29,355 nt of DNA from positions 1 to 29,355 of the forward strand of contig CBDDTI010000047.1 of the NCBI GenBank assembly GCA_965233585.1. The letters run 5' to 3'. The notes beneath the pieces are model-generated. The model saw only the letters and a program-made list of their open reading frames with translations, searched no databases and was not told the DNA's origin. The position numbers and the translations under genes were made by a program. The DNA comes from a bacterium. GTDB taxonomy: Bacteria; SAR324; NAC60-12. Positions 1 to 9,483 of this stretch are shown in pieces; within the stretch, counting starts at the first letter, position 1; the number at the start of each line of letters is the position of its first letter.

Positions 1-1669
1 AAAAACACATTTTTAAGAAGGGGGAATTTTATGGACATAAAATATAAGTAATTAACCTGGCCCCTTCATTATCAGGACAAGATTAAAGAGTTTTAATAAA
101 ATATATATCTTTTTAGTAGGTAAAAAGAAAGTATTTTTGTTAAAACATGTTTTGGCATTTTTGTCATATTTAGAATTTAGAGAGGAATTCCCTTATGTAG
201 TAAACAAGAAGGTGAACTTAACTGGCAGTGTACAACTGCAAATTGCAATGAAAATCCGCTAGATGGCTATCATGACATCACACCAAGGGTCTATGGTCAG
301 AGTGTGATACAATTTTTCGACAGCGCAACAAAATCATAGGTAAAGAAGGTGCATCTGCATTCATGTCAGCTTAATCTCCTTTATGAAGCAAAGAATCTAC
401 ACACCAAGTGGGTGAATTCCCCCAGCCAACACAGGCAGAATTGTGCAAACTTTGAGATGATAGATTTTGATAATGGTTCAGTAAAACTTGTCTTTCAATG
501 GCTATAACTATTTCTATTAGTAGTATGAACATTTTCTGTGTTGTTATTTCATCCAAATCTCCCAAAAAGCCTTGAAAAATGCTTTTTTTGGCCTATTAAG
601 CCATGCATTTCTTTACTCTCTTATGAAATGCTTCTCATCCGATAAGCATTTTTCCTACAAGAATATCTAGGAACATCATTTTGTTTTTCATTAATATTTT
701 AAAGAACATTTCTTCTCTTCCCTTCATAATGGACTACTGCCAAGTAGTAATGCAAACCTAAATGTCAATAGACACTTGCCGGTTGCCTCTTGCCAGTCGC
801 ACAGCTCCGTCATGCTAGATTTTTTCAGCCCCATGCTTTTGCTCCAATTTATCATTAAATAAAAAACTGATTTAATCAAGCATTAAATATATTTTTAGAA
901 ACCACTTGATGAGCATAGTGGTTTTAATAAATTCAAAAATTTTTGAAAATTTTATATTTTTGTTTTTAACTCTATTTTCATGGTATGTACTGGCAACTTT
1001 AGGACCGGCAAATGACAAGCAATTCTAAGAGAAAAAAGGAAGAAGAATGATTTCTGGGAGGGATGGTTAAAATGGGAATTCTTGCTTGGCAACTCAATGC
1101 TAGGTTCAATAAACTCGTTGCAAAAAACAAGACACCAAATTAATCTACACACCAATTGATAAGTAGTTTGGAAACCCTCCAAAAAAAATATTGACTTTCA
1201 AGTCTACTAAAGGAAAATATTTCATCACTCCTTCTTTACCTATGCGTTTCAATACGACAACCCAAGATGCCAAGAATCAGTCCAATCTGCGTAGCTGTCA
1301 AAAGTTACATCCTTTCTTTCACTTTTCAAGTCAATTTGTTTTGAAGGGTGAGAAAGGAGGACGAGGCCAACTGCAGTCTTGGGGAATCAGGCAGAAAACT
1401 ATCATGCACCAGGACTCCACTTAACTTTTAAACCACAGCTGCTTGTTATAATGCATTTATCTATATTACTATTATAACCTCTTTGGTTTCACGGCACATC
1501 CAGTTTGTTAAATGCATGATAAAATGCATGGGCTCTGCGCTGGGACGCGTAATGTCCCAGGATACGCGTGCAGTGCATGCATTTAATAGGTTTTTTAACC
1601 TTCGATTTTTGTCATAAAACAGGCAAAAATGTTTTCCGTTTTTACGTGAAAGACTGACTGTTAGCAATT

Positions 1670-1995
1670 CAAGTCGATACGGAAGGTCTTCAACGCCGAA
1701 CTGAGTGAACTGCGGAAGGTCGAAGAGTCTTGAACGCTGAAAATACTGACTGAGCGCACTTCATGTTCCAAGTCGGTACAGAAGGTCTTGAACGCCAAAC
1801 TGAGCGAACTACGGAAGGTCGAAGAGTCTTGAATGTGAAGAACTGACTGAGTGTGTTTAAAGTCAATACAGAAGGTCTTGAACGCCAAACTGAGCGAACT
1901 ATGGAAGGTTGAAGAGTCTTAAATGTGGAAAATACTGACCGAGAGAACTATGGAATGTCAGAGAGTCTTAAATGTGAAAAATACTGACTGAGCAC
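1670..1995. repeat. Degenerate tandem repeat, ~90-100 bp unit, in host flank
   Basis: GAAGGTCTT(G/C)AACGCC(A/G)AACTGAG(C/T)GAACT...GAAGAGTCTT recurs at 1682, 1781 and 1871, with partial units to ~1993. Confidence 0.8.
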
Positions 1996-2306
1996 GTTCA
2001 TTTGAAGAAGAATTCAATACAGAATTCCATATCCTAATCTTCAAAAGATGCTAATATCTTGAAATTGGGCAACATTAGCCAAAAATGTACTTTATATAAA
2101 AACTAGCAGACCCGTTGCAGCGCTATGCTGCTGCCTTTTAAAGGCTTTAAAAGGCTTCACCATCCTGCCAGCAAATGTCCCTCCAGTAAACATCCCCTCA
2201 GCAAAACTGCGGTTTTTTGCATAACAATAATTTATTTTTCTTTGCTTGCTGCCCTTCTCAGTTGACCAAGTCACCACAACTGATCAAGAAACAGCTGAGA
2301 AGGGAT

Positions 2307-2455
2307 CAGGGTATTGATGATCGGCGATCATTCGATTGGGAATCGTGATTTTTGGCGATTTTTGGTGATCGTGATTTGATTGGAATCACCATTGTAGATG
2401 ATCGTGATTTGAGTGATTTTTTTTTCCAAAATGTCCCTCTCGATCTCGATCACAC
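2307..2455 (+). repeat. GATC/GATCGTGATT-rich segment, possibly the end of a DNA transposon (hAT-like)
   Basis: Starts CAGGG and has clustered ATCGTGATT motifs resembling subterminal repeats. No partner end found. Confidence 0.3.
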
Positions 2456-2614
2456 TAAATAACAGCATAGGTGCTCACGCTATGAAATCTCAGAATGAAC
2501 TGACTATATTTTGTGGTGAAATAAAAAAGGATACACAAGCTGTCGGCTGACACAGGAAGAAGAAGGGAAGAGCAAGGGAAGAAGGGAAGAAGGGAAGAAT
2601 GGGAGCGCGCGCCA

Positions 2615-2824
2615 CATGTTGGGGCAGCCAACAGCTGAGAGACATTAGCTAGCCTGGTGCATGGATATCACAAATTCTTGGATAAAGTAAATATCTATCC
2701 TTCTTTTATCAAGCATATCTATGCTGAATAGGTTTGATCACAGAGTACTATTATATACATAGAGGAACAGGAGAGCCTTGTGCATGTTGGGGCAGCCAAT
2801 AGCTGCTAGAGAGAGACATTAGCT
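2615..2824. repeat. Short direct repeat pair next to a GAAGGGAA purine run (2554-2603)
   Basis: CATGTTGGGGCAGCCAA.AGCTG...GAGAGACATTAGCT at 2615 and 2783. Confidence 0.65.
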
Positions 2825-2999
2825 CTAAGATGTTATATACCATAGAGAAAATATAGGTTAGAGGGATAACGACGGTATATGCATGGCCTGGTTGAGGTGA
2901 AAAACTACCAACAGATATTCTTGATAAGAAGAATGAACAAGCAAGATTCAGTCATAATCCTAAAATTGTGTTGTGGGTAACTTTAGGGGTCAAATTGAT

Positions 3000-3538
3000 A
3001 ACGGATGACAGGAGCCTGTTTTTAGATGTTTTCGGCCCGAATTCATCTAAATTCATCTAAATGCGTTCTAAATTCATCTAAATTCATCTAGATGCGTTCT
3101 CGTTGCAAGCAAAACGTCAACTGATTCAATCTAAATGCATCTAAATGCACACCGATTTCTGGTGCGTGCACCAAAAGTTTGGTGCCTGCATTGCTGTGTC
3201 TAATGCTGGCATGAAAAATTTGGTGCGTGCACGAAAAGTTTGGTGCCTGCATTGCTTCGTCTAATGCTGGCATGAAAAGTTTGGTGCGTGCATGAAAAGT
3301 TTGGTGCCTGCATTGCTTTGTCTAATGCTGGCATGAGAAGTTTGGTGCGTGCATGAAAAGTTTGGTGCCTGCATTGCTCTGTCTAATGCAGGCATGAAAA
3401 AGTTGGTGCACGCACTAAAAATTTCATGCACGCATCAAAATTTTACTTGTCTGCATTACTTTTTCTGGTGCCGGGATCTCAATTTTGATGCTGGCGTGAA
3501 ATTTTAGATCCAGGCACCAGAATGTCAGTGGTCCATAG
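3000..3538 (+). repeat. Left terminal inverted repeat (539 bp)
   Basis: AACGGATGACAGGAGCCTG...GTCCATAG is the reverse complement of 23024-23623. It contains 10-bp AATTCATCTA repeats (~3040-3090) and four 61-bp tandem units (3161-3404). Confidence 0.93.
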
Positions 3539-3919
3539 TTGAGTAAATTGGAGAAAAGAAGCAGAGCTTTTTTCTTTTTTACCATAACTGGTGTTGCAAT
3601 GTCACAATGTTCTTCTTCATTCTGTGTAAATTTTCTTGCTGTAATGGTATCAGTGAACGAGCAATTTTTATCAATAATTTAATGCGATTTTTATCAATAA
3701 TTTAATCAATTGTGTTTTTGTTTTTAGCACAAAAAGGTTTTATATACATTTGATTTCTCAAAAAAGTTGTATGGTTCCTTGGTATTTTTTACCATGCAAT
3801 TTTAATTTTTTCCAAAAATCACCTTTGAACTGACCGCGATTTTTTCTGGTGTTTTCTACATAATATTTTTGCGCAAAGCAGATGTTTCCTTTTTTTGTTC
3901 TTTTATAAATTCTTCCCAT

Positions 3920-4068
3920 TTCTAGAACATTCCTATTATTTAGAAACAATTAGGATTGGAGGTATTTTGTAAAAGAATTTTTTAATTTTTGACAAGATAC
4001 ATTTTTCAACCTGTCCGCAATTTTTTCTAGGGTTTTCTAGAAAGTTCCTTTGTAATAAGGTATATAAG
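3920..4068 (+). promoter_or_regulatory. TATA promoter with heat-shock elements upstream of ORF 4129
   Basis: TTCtaGAAcaTTC (3920-3932) and TTCtaGAAagTTC (4035-4047) are perfect three-unit nGAAn arrays. TATATAAG at 4061-4068 lies 60 bp before the ATG. Confidence 0.65.
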
Positions 4069-4128
4069 CAGCCTGAACATCACATTTCATTGCATTTCAA
4101 ATCCATCGCTTGAAAAATCAACATCAAC

Positions 4129-4740
4129 ATGACTGACGAAACAGGAATTAGAGACATGACTGGTTATAGATCCATCATTCCTCCATTCCCAGAAACGCAG
4201 ATGACCGAGTCCTGGATGAAAAACGATAGTCAGATGACAATAGCAAATTCTTCACCCGTTACAAACGATGAATCGGAAAATAGTGACACGAGTGGTTATA
4301 AAACAATCATCCCTCCATTTCCTGAAACTCAGCCGACTGATGCCTGGATTGCCGATGAAAATCAACCAAAAATAGAAACTCCAAATCCATTGTCTTACAC
4401 CGTACCAAACTGTTTTAATTGGTCACCGTTGACGCACCAAAGGTCCTACCATGTTAAAAGCATTTTAGAGAATTTGATGGCAAACGTCTCTTACCTCGTT
4501 TTTGAGCTCGAAAAACTAAAGTTGAGTTTTCCTATTGATATGACTCGTGAAGATGCTCACAAAGAAGAAAAGTTATTGGAGAGATCGATTGAAAAATTTC
4601 GACAAATGGCTAGACAGGCGAGAAAATTAAAGAGGGAAATTATGGGTATGTTAGAAGATGGGGTGTATGTTAACCCGCAAAATTACAACCGCTCCAAATA
4701 CTCCGCGGCCGCTTCTCTTGAATTTGAAATACAAGAATGA
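4129..4740 (+). CDS. Hypothetical protein, 203 aa, duplicated N-terminal motif and probable coiled coil
   Basis: ATG in good context (CAACATG) after a TATA box; repeats GYRSIIPPFPETQMTESW / GYKTIIPPFPETQPTDAW. Confidence 0.75.
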   Translation: MTDETGIRDMTGYRSIIPPFPETQMTESWMKNDSQMTIANSSPVTNDESENSDTSGYKTIIPPFPETQPTDAWIADENQPKIETPNPLSYTVPNCFNWSPLTHQRSYHVKSILENLMANVSYLVFELEKLKLSFPIDMTREDAHKEEKLLERSIEKFRQMARQARKLKREIMGMLEDGVYVNPQNYNRSKYSAAASLEFEIQE

Positions 4741-4991
4741 GTTCCCCCCGCGAAGACAATTATCAAGTGGCAGACGTGTCAAACGCTACCGCCGCCCCCA
4801 ACATCACAACGAACGCTATTAACAAGATTGTAATTAACACCTTGGATAAACTCCTATCGTCGTCAGATAATACAAGAACCTCAACCCCATTTATTATAAT
4901 GGCATTAATTTTTTTCTTGCTCTTTTCAACCGTAGGAGCATTCTACGCTGCTTGGTCAGAACCAGACAAATCAGAAAATGTTAATGTTTAA
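4737..4991 (+). CDS. Small single-pass membrane protein, 84 aa
   Basis: ATGA overlap with the upstream ORF; hydrophobic stretch FIIMALIFFLLFSTVGAFYAAW. Confidence 0.6.
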   Translation: MSSPREDNYQVADVSNATAAPNITTNAINKIVINTLDKLLSSSDNTRTSTPFIIMALIFFLLFSTVGAFYAAWSEPDKSENVNV

Positions 4992-5057
4992 TCGCGTTTA
5001 AACTAGAAATACACATCAAAATTTTATTTTAATGTGCTCAAATACAGATCATGTTTT

Positions 5058-6650
5058 TTATTTAGGGTTTTGTATGGCTAGATTCATCATGATTTTTTCA
5101 TTTGTTTCAAAATTAATCAATTCTCCGTCAAGTCTTTTTAACTGAAAATGCAACAAATCCAGTCGACTTGTATTACACTTTATGTATTCCAAATTTTCAA
5201 AATGCGTCGTCACATAATTGTCTTGTTCCTCGGCTCTATTAATTGGTATAACTTTTAATACGGGGTAAAACTCGTCTCCAATTACCGAGTGATTGACGAA
5301 ATTGGCATAGCAGATCATCACTCCCGGATATAGATAGTGCGGATCTAGACGTTCGTCACTTATAAATTGATTACTTTCATCCGCCAAAACAATGTCATCA
5401 TCTTGACTTATTCCTAGCAATAATCTTATTTCATGCGGCACTCTTATCCTTACTACCAAGGAGCGATTGAATTGATTGCCGACCCGTTTTACTTTAAAAC
5501 GGTCTTTATGCGCGGAAATTTGAATGAGACTTTGTAAATCTTTGCTCATACCATTAGACATGGCCTCGATTAATTTATCCGTTGTTTTGATAAACCTCTT
5601 CTCAATGCAAAAGCAAAATCGCATTGTTTCAATCATTACCCCGATTTTCACAGGTGGAAATGTTTCTGTTGGGTCAGGATTTTGCATTGGCTGTTGCGAT
5701 ATAAATTCTTTTTTCTCCGGTCCCATTACAATATATTCTTCTTTAATTCCCAAAATGTTTTTAAATTCGGGCGGTATCAGCACTTTTACCTCAGGTGATT
5801 TAAATTCGGCATCGTACGTCGTCGGTCCGGTGTAAATTACTCGAAAAAAGATATCGACCGATTCTTTTGTTTTCTCCGTTTGCCCAAATTCAACAAAATT
5901 ACGTACTACGCTATCTCTTCCGTCGTTTAAGCAATTTAATAAATAAGCAATTGTTTTCTGCTGATCAAGTTTGACCTCGATTTCTTGCTTGAACGGGTCT
6001 GTACTTATTTTAATTTTCTTATCAAAAACGCTTGACGGAACGCTGTTAACACGATTTGGAAAGGAGATGTCGGCTAAGGCTATTTTAGCTCCTTCGTTCA
6101 AATAAATGGGATGGCTCAAATGTACCTCGAAATTGTTGTTTTTCTGCGCAGGTTTTATGTTGTCGCCCATTTTTGAGTCGACGCGAATGTGCTTTGTCAA
6201 ATATGACATCGCTCGTTTTGTTTTTCGCAAATGAAGTAAAACTAGACTCGGCTGACCCGATTTTAGTTTTAGAAGTTTGTCGGACGCGTCTAAAAACTCA
6301 ATGCCCACTGATTTTATTGAAGTGTTTTGAATAGGATAATATCGTATGTTGTTTAAAGTATGGTAGAAATATTTCCGTTTTTTGCTTGAAGGCAAGTCGG
6401 CCACGCATAAGATGTGAGAATTCTCGTTTGAGCTTGTAGACACAATGTTGGATTTAACCTGCACCACGTCAAAAACAAAATCTTGTTTTACGTTTAAATG
6501 CAGACCAAAAGCTACAACCCCAACTTCCCAATCTCTTCTTTTGTTTAATTCTAAATTTTTCGGTAAAAAATTGTTAAAACGCGTTAGCGTGTTTACGTAA
6601 CAATCAGTGCTTGCGTTTGAAATGCAATATATAAGATGTCCTCCTTTCAT
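5058..6650 (-). CDS. Minor capsid (penton-like) protein, 530 aa, apparently two tandem penton domains
   Basis: Polinton penton motifs: SNAS..Y.NTLTRF.N.LP..LEL...WEVG at the start, again NNNFEVHLSHPIYL...IALADISFP after aa 148; C-terminal YANFV..SVIGD..YPVLKVIP...F.NLEYI...QLKRLDGE.INF. Confidence 0.8.
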   Translation of the reverse strand: MKGGHLIYCISNASTDCYVNTLTRFNNFLPKNLELNKRRDWEVGVVAFGLHLNVKQDFVFDVVQVKSNIVSTSSNENSHILCVADLPSSKKRKYFYHTLNNIRYYPIQNTSIKSVGIEFLDASDKLLKLKSGQPSLVLLHLRKTKRAMSYLTKHIRVDSKMGDNIKPAQKNNNFEVHLSHPIYLNEGAKIALADISFPNRVNSVPSSVFDKKIKISTDPFKQEIEVKLDQQKTIAYLLNCLNDGRDSVVRNFVEFGQTEKTKESVDIFFRVIYTGPTTYDAEFKSPEVKVLIPPEFKNILGIKEEYIVMGPEKKEFISQQPMQNPDPTETFPPVKIGVMIETMRFCFCIEKRFIKTTDKLIEAMSNGMSKDLQSLIQISAHKDRFKVKRVGNQFNRSLVVRIRVPHEIRLLLGISQDDDIVLADESNQFISDERLDPHYLYPGVMICYANFVNHSVIGDEFYPVLKVIPINRAEEQDNYVTTHFENLEYIKCNTSRLDLLHFQLKRLDGELINFETNEKIMMNLAIQNPK

Positions 6651-6655
6651 ACTTG

Positions 6656-7765
6656 TTACGCCTGATTAATAACGCTATCTTCCGCAATCCAGCTAAGGTT
6701 TTTATAGCCTTTCCACTTGACCAACACCAACTTCTGCCCGGTTCTTTTATCTTTCTTCCTTCTCACAATTTTTTCAATGTGAAATAATTTTGGCGGCTTG
6801 GCCAGAGTCAGCTCATTAGCATAAAAATTTCCCTCCACCGTCTCGTCACCGTCCAGAGTTTCCAGTTCGTATGTAGGTATGGGTAATCGCGTAAACACCC
6901 GTTTGATCTTGTAAATTTCTTCAGTAAATTGCTTATTGTAACCTCTGTCAAATTGAGCTCTGTAGTTACTTATTCTGACCGTTTGGCCTTTCTTAAATTT
7001 AGGCGGTCGCCTCTTTATTTTTGCATAAGCCTCTTCTTGTTTCATTCGGACTTTGGGAGCGTTTTTTGCTTTTTCCGCATCAGCTGGACTCATACCGATC
7101 ATTCTATGTACGCGCGAGTTATACGTCTTTACTAAAGATTGAAGCACGTGGATAAATCGATCCGTACCCCTAGATGTCATATATTTAAACATTAGACTTT
7201 TTAGAGATCTGTTAAATCTTTCCACAAACGGCGCGTGCACAAAGTTGTCGCTGTGTAAAAGAGTAATGCCTTTACGTCGACAGTAGTCTTTAAAAAATTT
7301 ATTTTTGATCTCTAACCCTCTATCAGCTAGAATTTTTCGAGGCGGCTGGCCAGCCTTATTGACAATGGTTTTGAATCCTTGTAAAAAAACCAAAGCTGTC
7401 TTGTTTTTTATGGGTTCAACAAAGGCATATCTCGAAAAAATGTCGATCGCTGTCAGCAAGTAACGATAATTGTCATTCGCGTTTGCCATTTTCCCAATTT
7501 CAACCAAGTCTATTTGGAATTGATATCTTTTGTAATAGACATAGGTTGGGTTCCTAGGTTTTGGAGCCTTAGGTTGTCGGTGCAGAGTATAGGTGTCCGA
7601 CGCCTGCAGCCATTTCTTTATTTTATTTATGGGTATGGTCCCGTTAAAATGATTAAAAACGCGGTTCGGCGATGAAAAAGCAAAAGGCGAGCCGGGCGAA
7701 GTGTAAGCTTTTAAAAATTCGCGTTTAGTAATCATCCTCGTCGTCGTCGTTGTCGTCCTCAACAT
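6656..7765 (-). CDS. int: Retroviral-type (rve) integrase with C-terminal chromodomain, 369 aa
   Basis: YTLHR motif; DDE triad FQIDL / LADRGLE / VERFNRSLK; IDIFSRYA; chromodomain FHIEKIV...VLVKWKGY..SWI. Confidence 0.95.
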   Translation of the reverse strand: MLRTTTTTTRMITKREFLKAYTSPGSPFAFSSPNRVFNHFNGTIPINKIKKWLQASDTYTLHRQPKAPKPRNPTYVYYKRYQFQIDLVEIGKMANANDNYRYLLTAIDIFSRYAFVEPIKNKTALVFLQGFKTIVNKAGQPPRKILADRGLEIKNKFFKDYCRRKGITLLHSDNFVHAPFVERFNRSLKSLMFKYMTSRGTDRFIHVLQSLVKTYNSRVHRMIGMSPADAEKAKNAPKVRMKQEEAYAKIKRRPPKFKKGQTVRISNYRAQFDRGYNKQFTEEIYKIKRVFTRLPIPTYELETLDGDETVEGNFYANELTLAKPPKLFHIEKIVRRKKDKRTGQKLVLVKWKGYKNLSWIAEDSVINQA

Positions 7766-8153
7766 AAAACAGCGGTTTTTGTTTTGTTTTTCTTCTCTTA
7801 CCGCTTCCTACCGCATGCGTGCTATTTTTTCTCTTGACCGGTCTCTTGGACGCCTGTGCAGGCCTACTCGCCTTACCAGCCAGTAAGATGTTTCTAGTCG
7901 CGGATTTTAATCTCTTTTTCGCAGCGGCTCCAACTGCTTTGCCGTCCAAGGCTTCCAGTGCGGTGTCAATGGCCGCTCGTCCCGCCTCTTTTTTCAAATA
8001 TCGTCCCGCGGATCTGACACCCTCGCTTCTCGCAATTTTACCGATTGTCTTTGCAGCGCCCTTCGCCACCGGAACCAACGACCGGAAAAGACTGCTAAAA
8101 ATTGAACCTAATCCCGCCCCAGCTTGCACAGACGGACCACGGTGGTATCGCAT
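7725..8153 (-). CDS. Basic core / membrane-active virion protein, 142 aa
   Basis: QAGAGLGSIFSSLFRSLVP matches the conserved Polinton Q.G.G(I/L)G..F..LFR amphipathic motif; K/R-rich body, acidic tail. Confidence 0.75.
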   Translation of the reverse strand: MRYHRGPSVQAGAGLGSIFSSLFRSLVPVAKGAAKTIGKIARSEGVRSAGRYLKKEAGRAAIDTALEALDGKAVGAAAKKRLKSATRNILLAGKASRPAQASKRPVKRKNSTHAVGSGKRRKTKQKPLFYVEDDNDDDEDDY

Positions 8154-8156
8154 ACT

Positions 8157-8879
8157 TTAACAATTTTCAATTTTTTTGACGCACCTGCTTAAGGCCATCG
8201 GACTAACGCCTAATTGCTCGGCTAAACGTGATAAGCTTTTCGGCTTTTCCTGATCAACCCTACTCCGTTGTTCTCTTAAAAAGACGTGCGCGCATGCCGC
8301 GATTAGTGTTTTTGGCGAAAAAACAAACTTTTTTTCGTGTTGCTTTACTTTCTCTCTAATTTCCTTCAACTCCTTGTAGCTTAGATTTAAAGAGTGAAGA
8401 AAATATTCGCACATTAAATTTGGGCTGTAGAAAGAGTCGTCGTTTTTAAGATATTGCCACACTTTGTCCTGCTTGACGCCGGTTATGGCACATAAATCTT
8501 TCATCGGTCGCGGCACCCCCGACTCTATAAGCGCGGTGTAGATGCACATTACCGCTAAACTTTCTAAACAAACACCTCTTTTCCCTCTTTTCCCGCTAGC
8601 GTCCCATTTTTTGGCGATGACGCGTTTTAAATCCGCGCATTCGATATTGCACTTATAGCATACCCTTTGCATTGTCTCATCAGTAAAATTGTTTTTGTCG
8701 CAAGTCACATCCTCGCTCATTTTCTCCGTTTTAATCGATTCGAGCCGATAGTCATACGAGGCATATAGCCGATCATGCATCACGAGCCCGCAATCTGTAC
8801 ATACTTCACACCCGTTTGAAAAATCATCCACAATATTGTAATGAGAACAAGTCCTGTTGAAATTATGAAAGCGAGGCAT
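8157..8879 (-). CDS. TFIIB: TFIIB-like general transcription factor, 240 aa
   Basis: Zn ribbon CSH-x13-CTDCGLV; cyclin repeat 1 LAVMCIYTALIESGVPRPMKDLCAITGV; repeat 2 PKTLIAACAHV...LAEQLGVSPMALSRCVK. Confidence 0.88.
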   Translation of the reverse strand: MPRFHNFNRTCSHYNIVDDFSNGCEVCTDCGLVMHDRLYASYDYRLESIKTEKMSEDVTCDKNNFTDETMQRVCYKCNIECADLKRVIAKKWDASGKRGKRGVCLESLAVMCIYTALIESGVPRPMKDLCAITGVKQDKVWQYLKNDDSFYSPNLMCEYFLHSLNLSYKELKEIREKVKQHEKKFVFSPKTLIAACAHVFLREQRSRVDQEKPKSLSRLAEQLGVSPMALSRCVKKIENC

Positions 8880-8922
8880 GTTTATTTCTCCGCACGCGCT
8901 GCAAAACTGAAACGCGAATCAA

Positions 8923-9483
8923 CTATCGATCGCTTTTATATTGTTTCAAAAAATCTATAATAAAGTCCAAACTATGTTTGACCGCATCTTCGGACTTGGC
9001 CCCGATGATTACCATCTTGCCTGTGGAAAATATTAAAACCGTGTTGGCTTCAAAAGTCACAAACATGCCTGGGAAACGTTCGGGATTGAAGCGTACTTTT
9101 TTCACGTAGCTCTCCTTTCGAAGTTTATCAAAAACGTCCGGCAGCGGTATCTCAAAGCCCGCACGAAAGGAACAAGTTAAATTGTTTATTTCCCATGTTT
9201 GCACAAAGAAACGATTGCTGATAATGTCCGTCAGCAGACTTAACGATATTTTTATATCCGCTCGCGACGGCACTTTGGTAATATTGACATGATATGATTT
9301 GTTGTTTCCGCGGGTCTTGAAAATGGTGTAGACGTATTGTTTCCTCACTACCGTAAAATTACTAAAAACTTTTTGTGACACATCTTTATTTAAGGATAAC
9401 GGCCCCTCATCCGTAAGAATAATTGTGCAGCTAAGCTTTATATTTGTCACAGTGACGTGCTCCGTGTTGTCTAAAAATGTCAT
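8923..9483 (-). CDS. TBP: TATA-binding protein (TBP)-like, 186 aa
   Basis: Second repeat INNLTCSF...RFNPERFPGMFV...VLIFSTGKMVIIGAKS is the TBP signature; first repeat (TNIKLSC...VYTIFK...VNITKV) is diverged. Confidence 0.9.
   Translation of the reverse strand: MTFLDNTEHVTVTNIKLSCTIILTDEGPLSLNKDVSQKVFSNFTVVRKQYVYTIFKTRGNNKSYHVNITKVPSRADIKISLSLLTDIISNRFFVQTWEINNLTCSFRAGFEIPLPDVFDKLRKESYVKKVRFNPERFPGMFVTFEANTVLIFSTGKMVIIGAKSEDAVKHSLDFIIDFLKQYKSDR

Noticed and set aside
1..2300. Short ORFs in the left flank
   Set aside because: Under 80 aa, mostly non-ATG starts, no recognisable domains; 1661-1888 is a repeat translation.
3161..3404. CRISPR-like regular repeats in the TIRs (also 23160-23462)
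   Set aside because: Units are contiguous with no unique spacers, there are no cas genes, and the context is eukaryotic.
8157..9483. TBP and TFIIB as ordinary host genes
   Set aside because: Intronless, strongly diverged, packed against or overlapping viral genes, and inside the TIRs.
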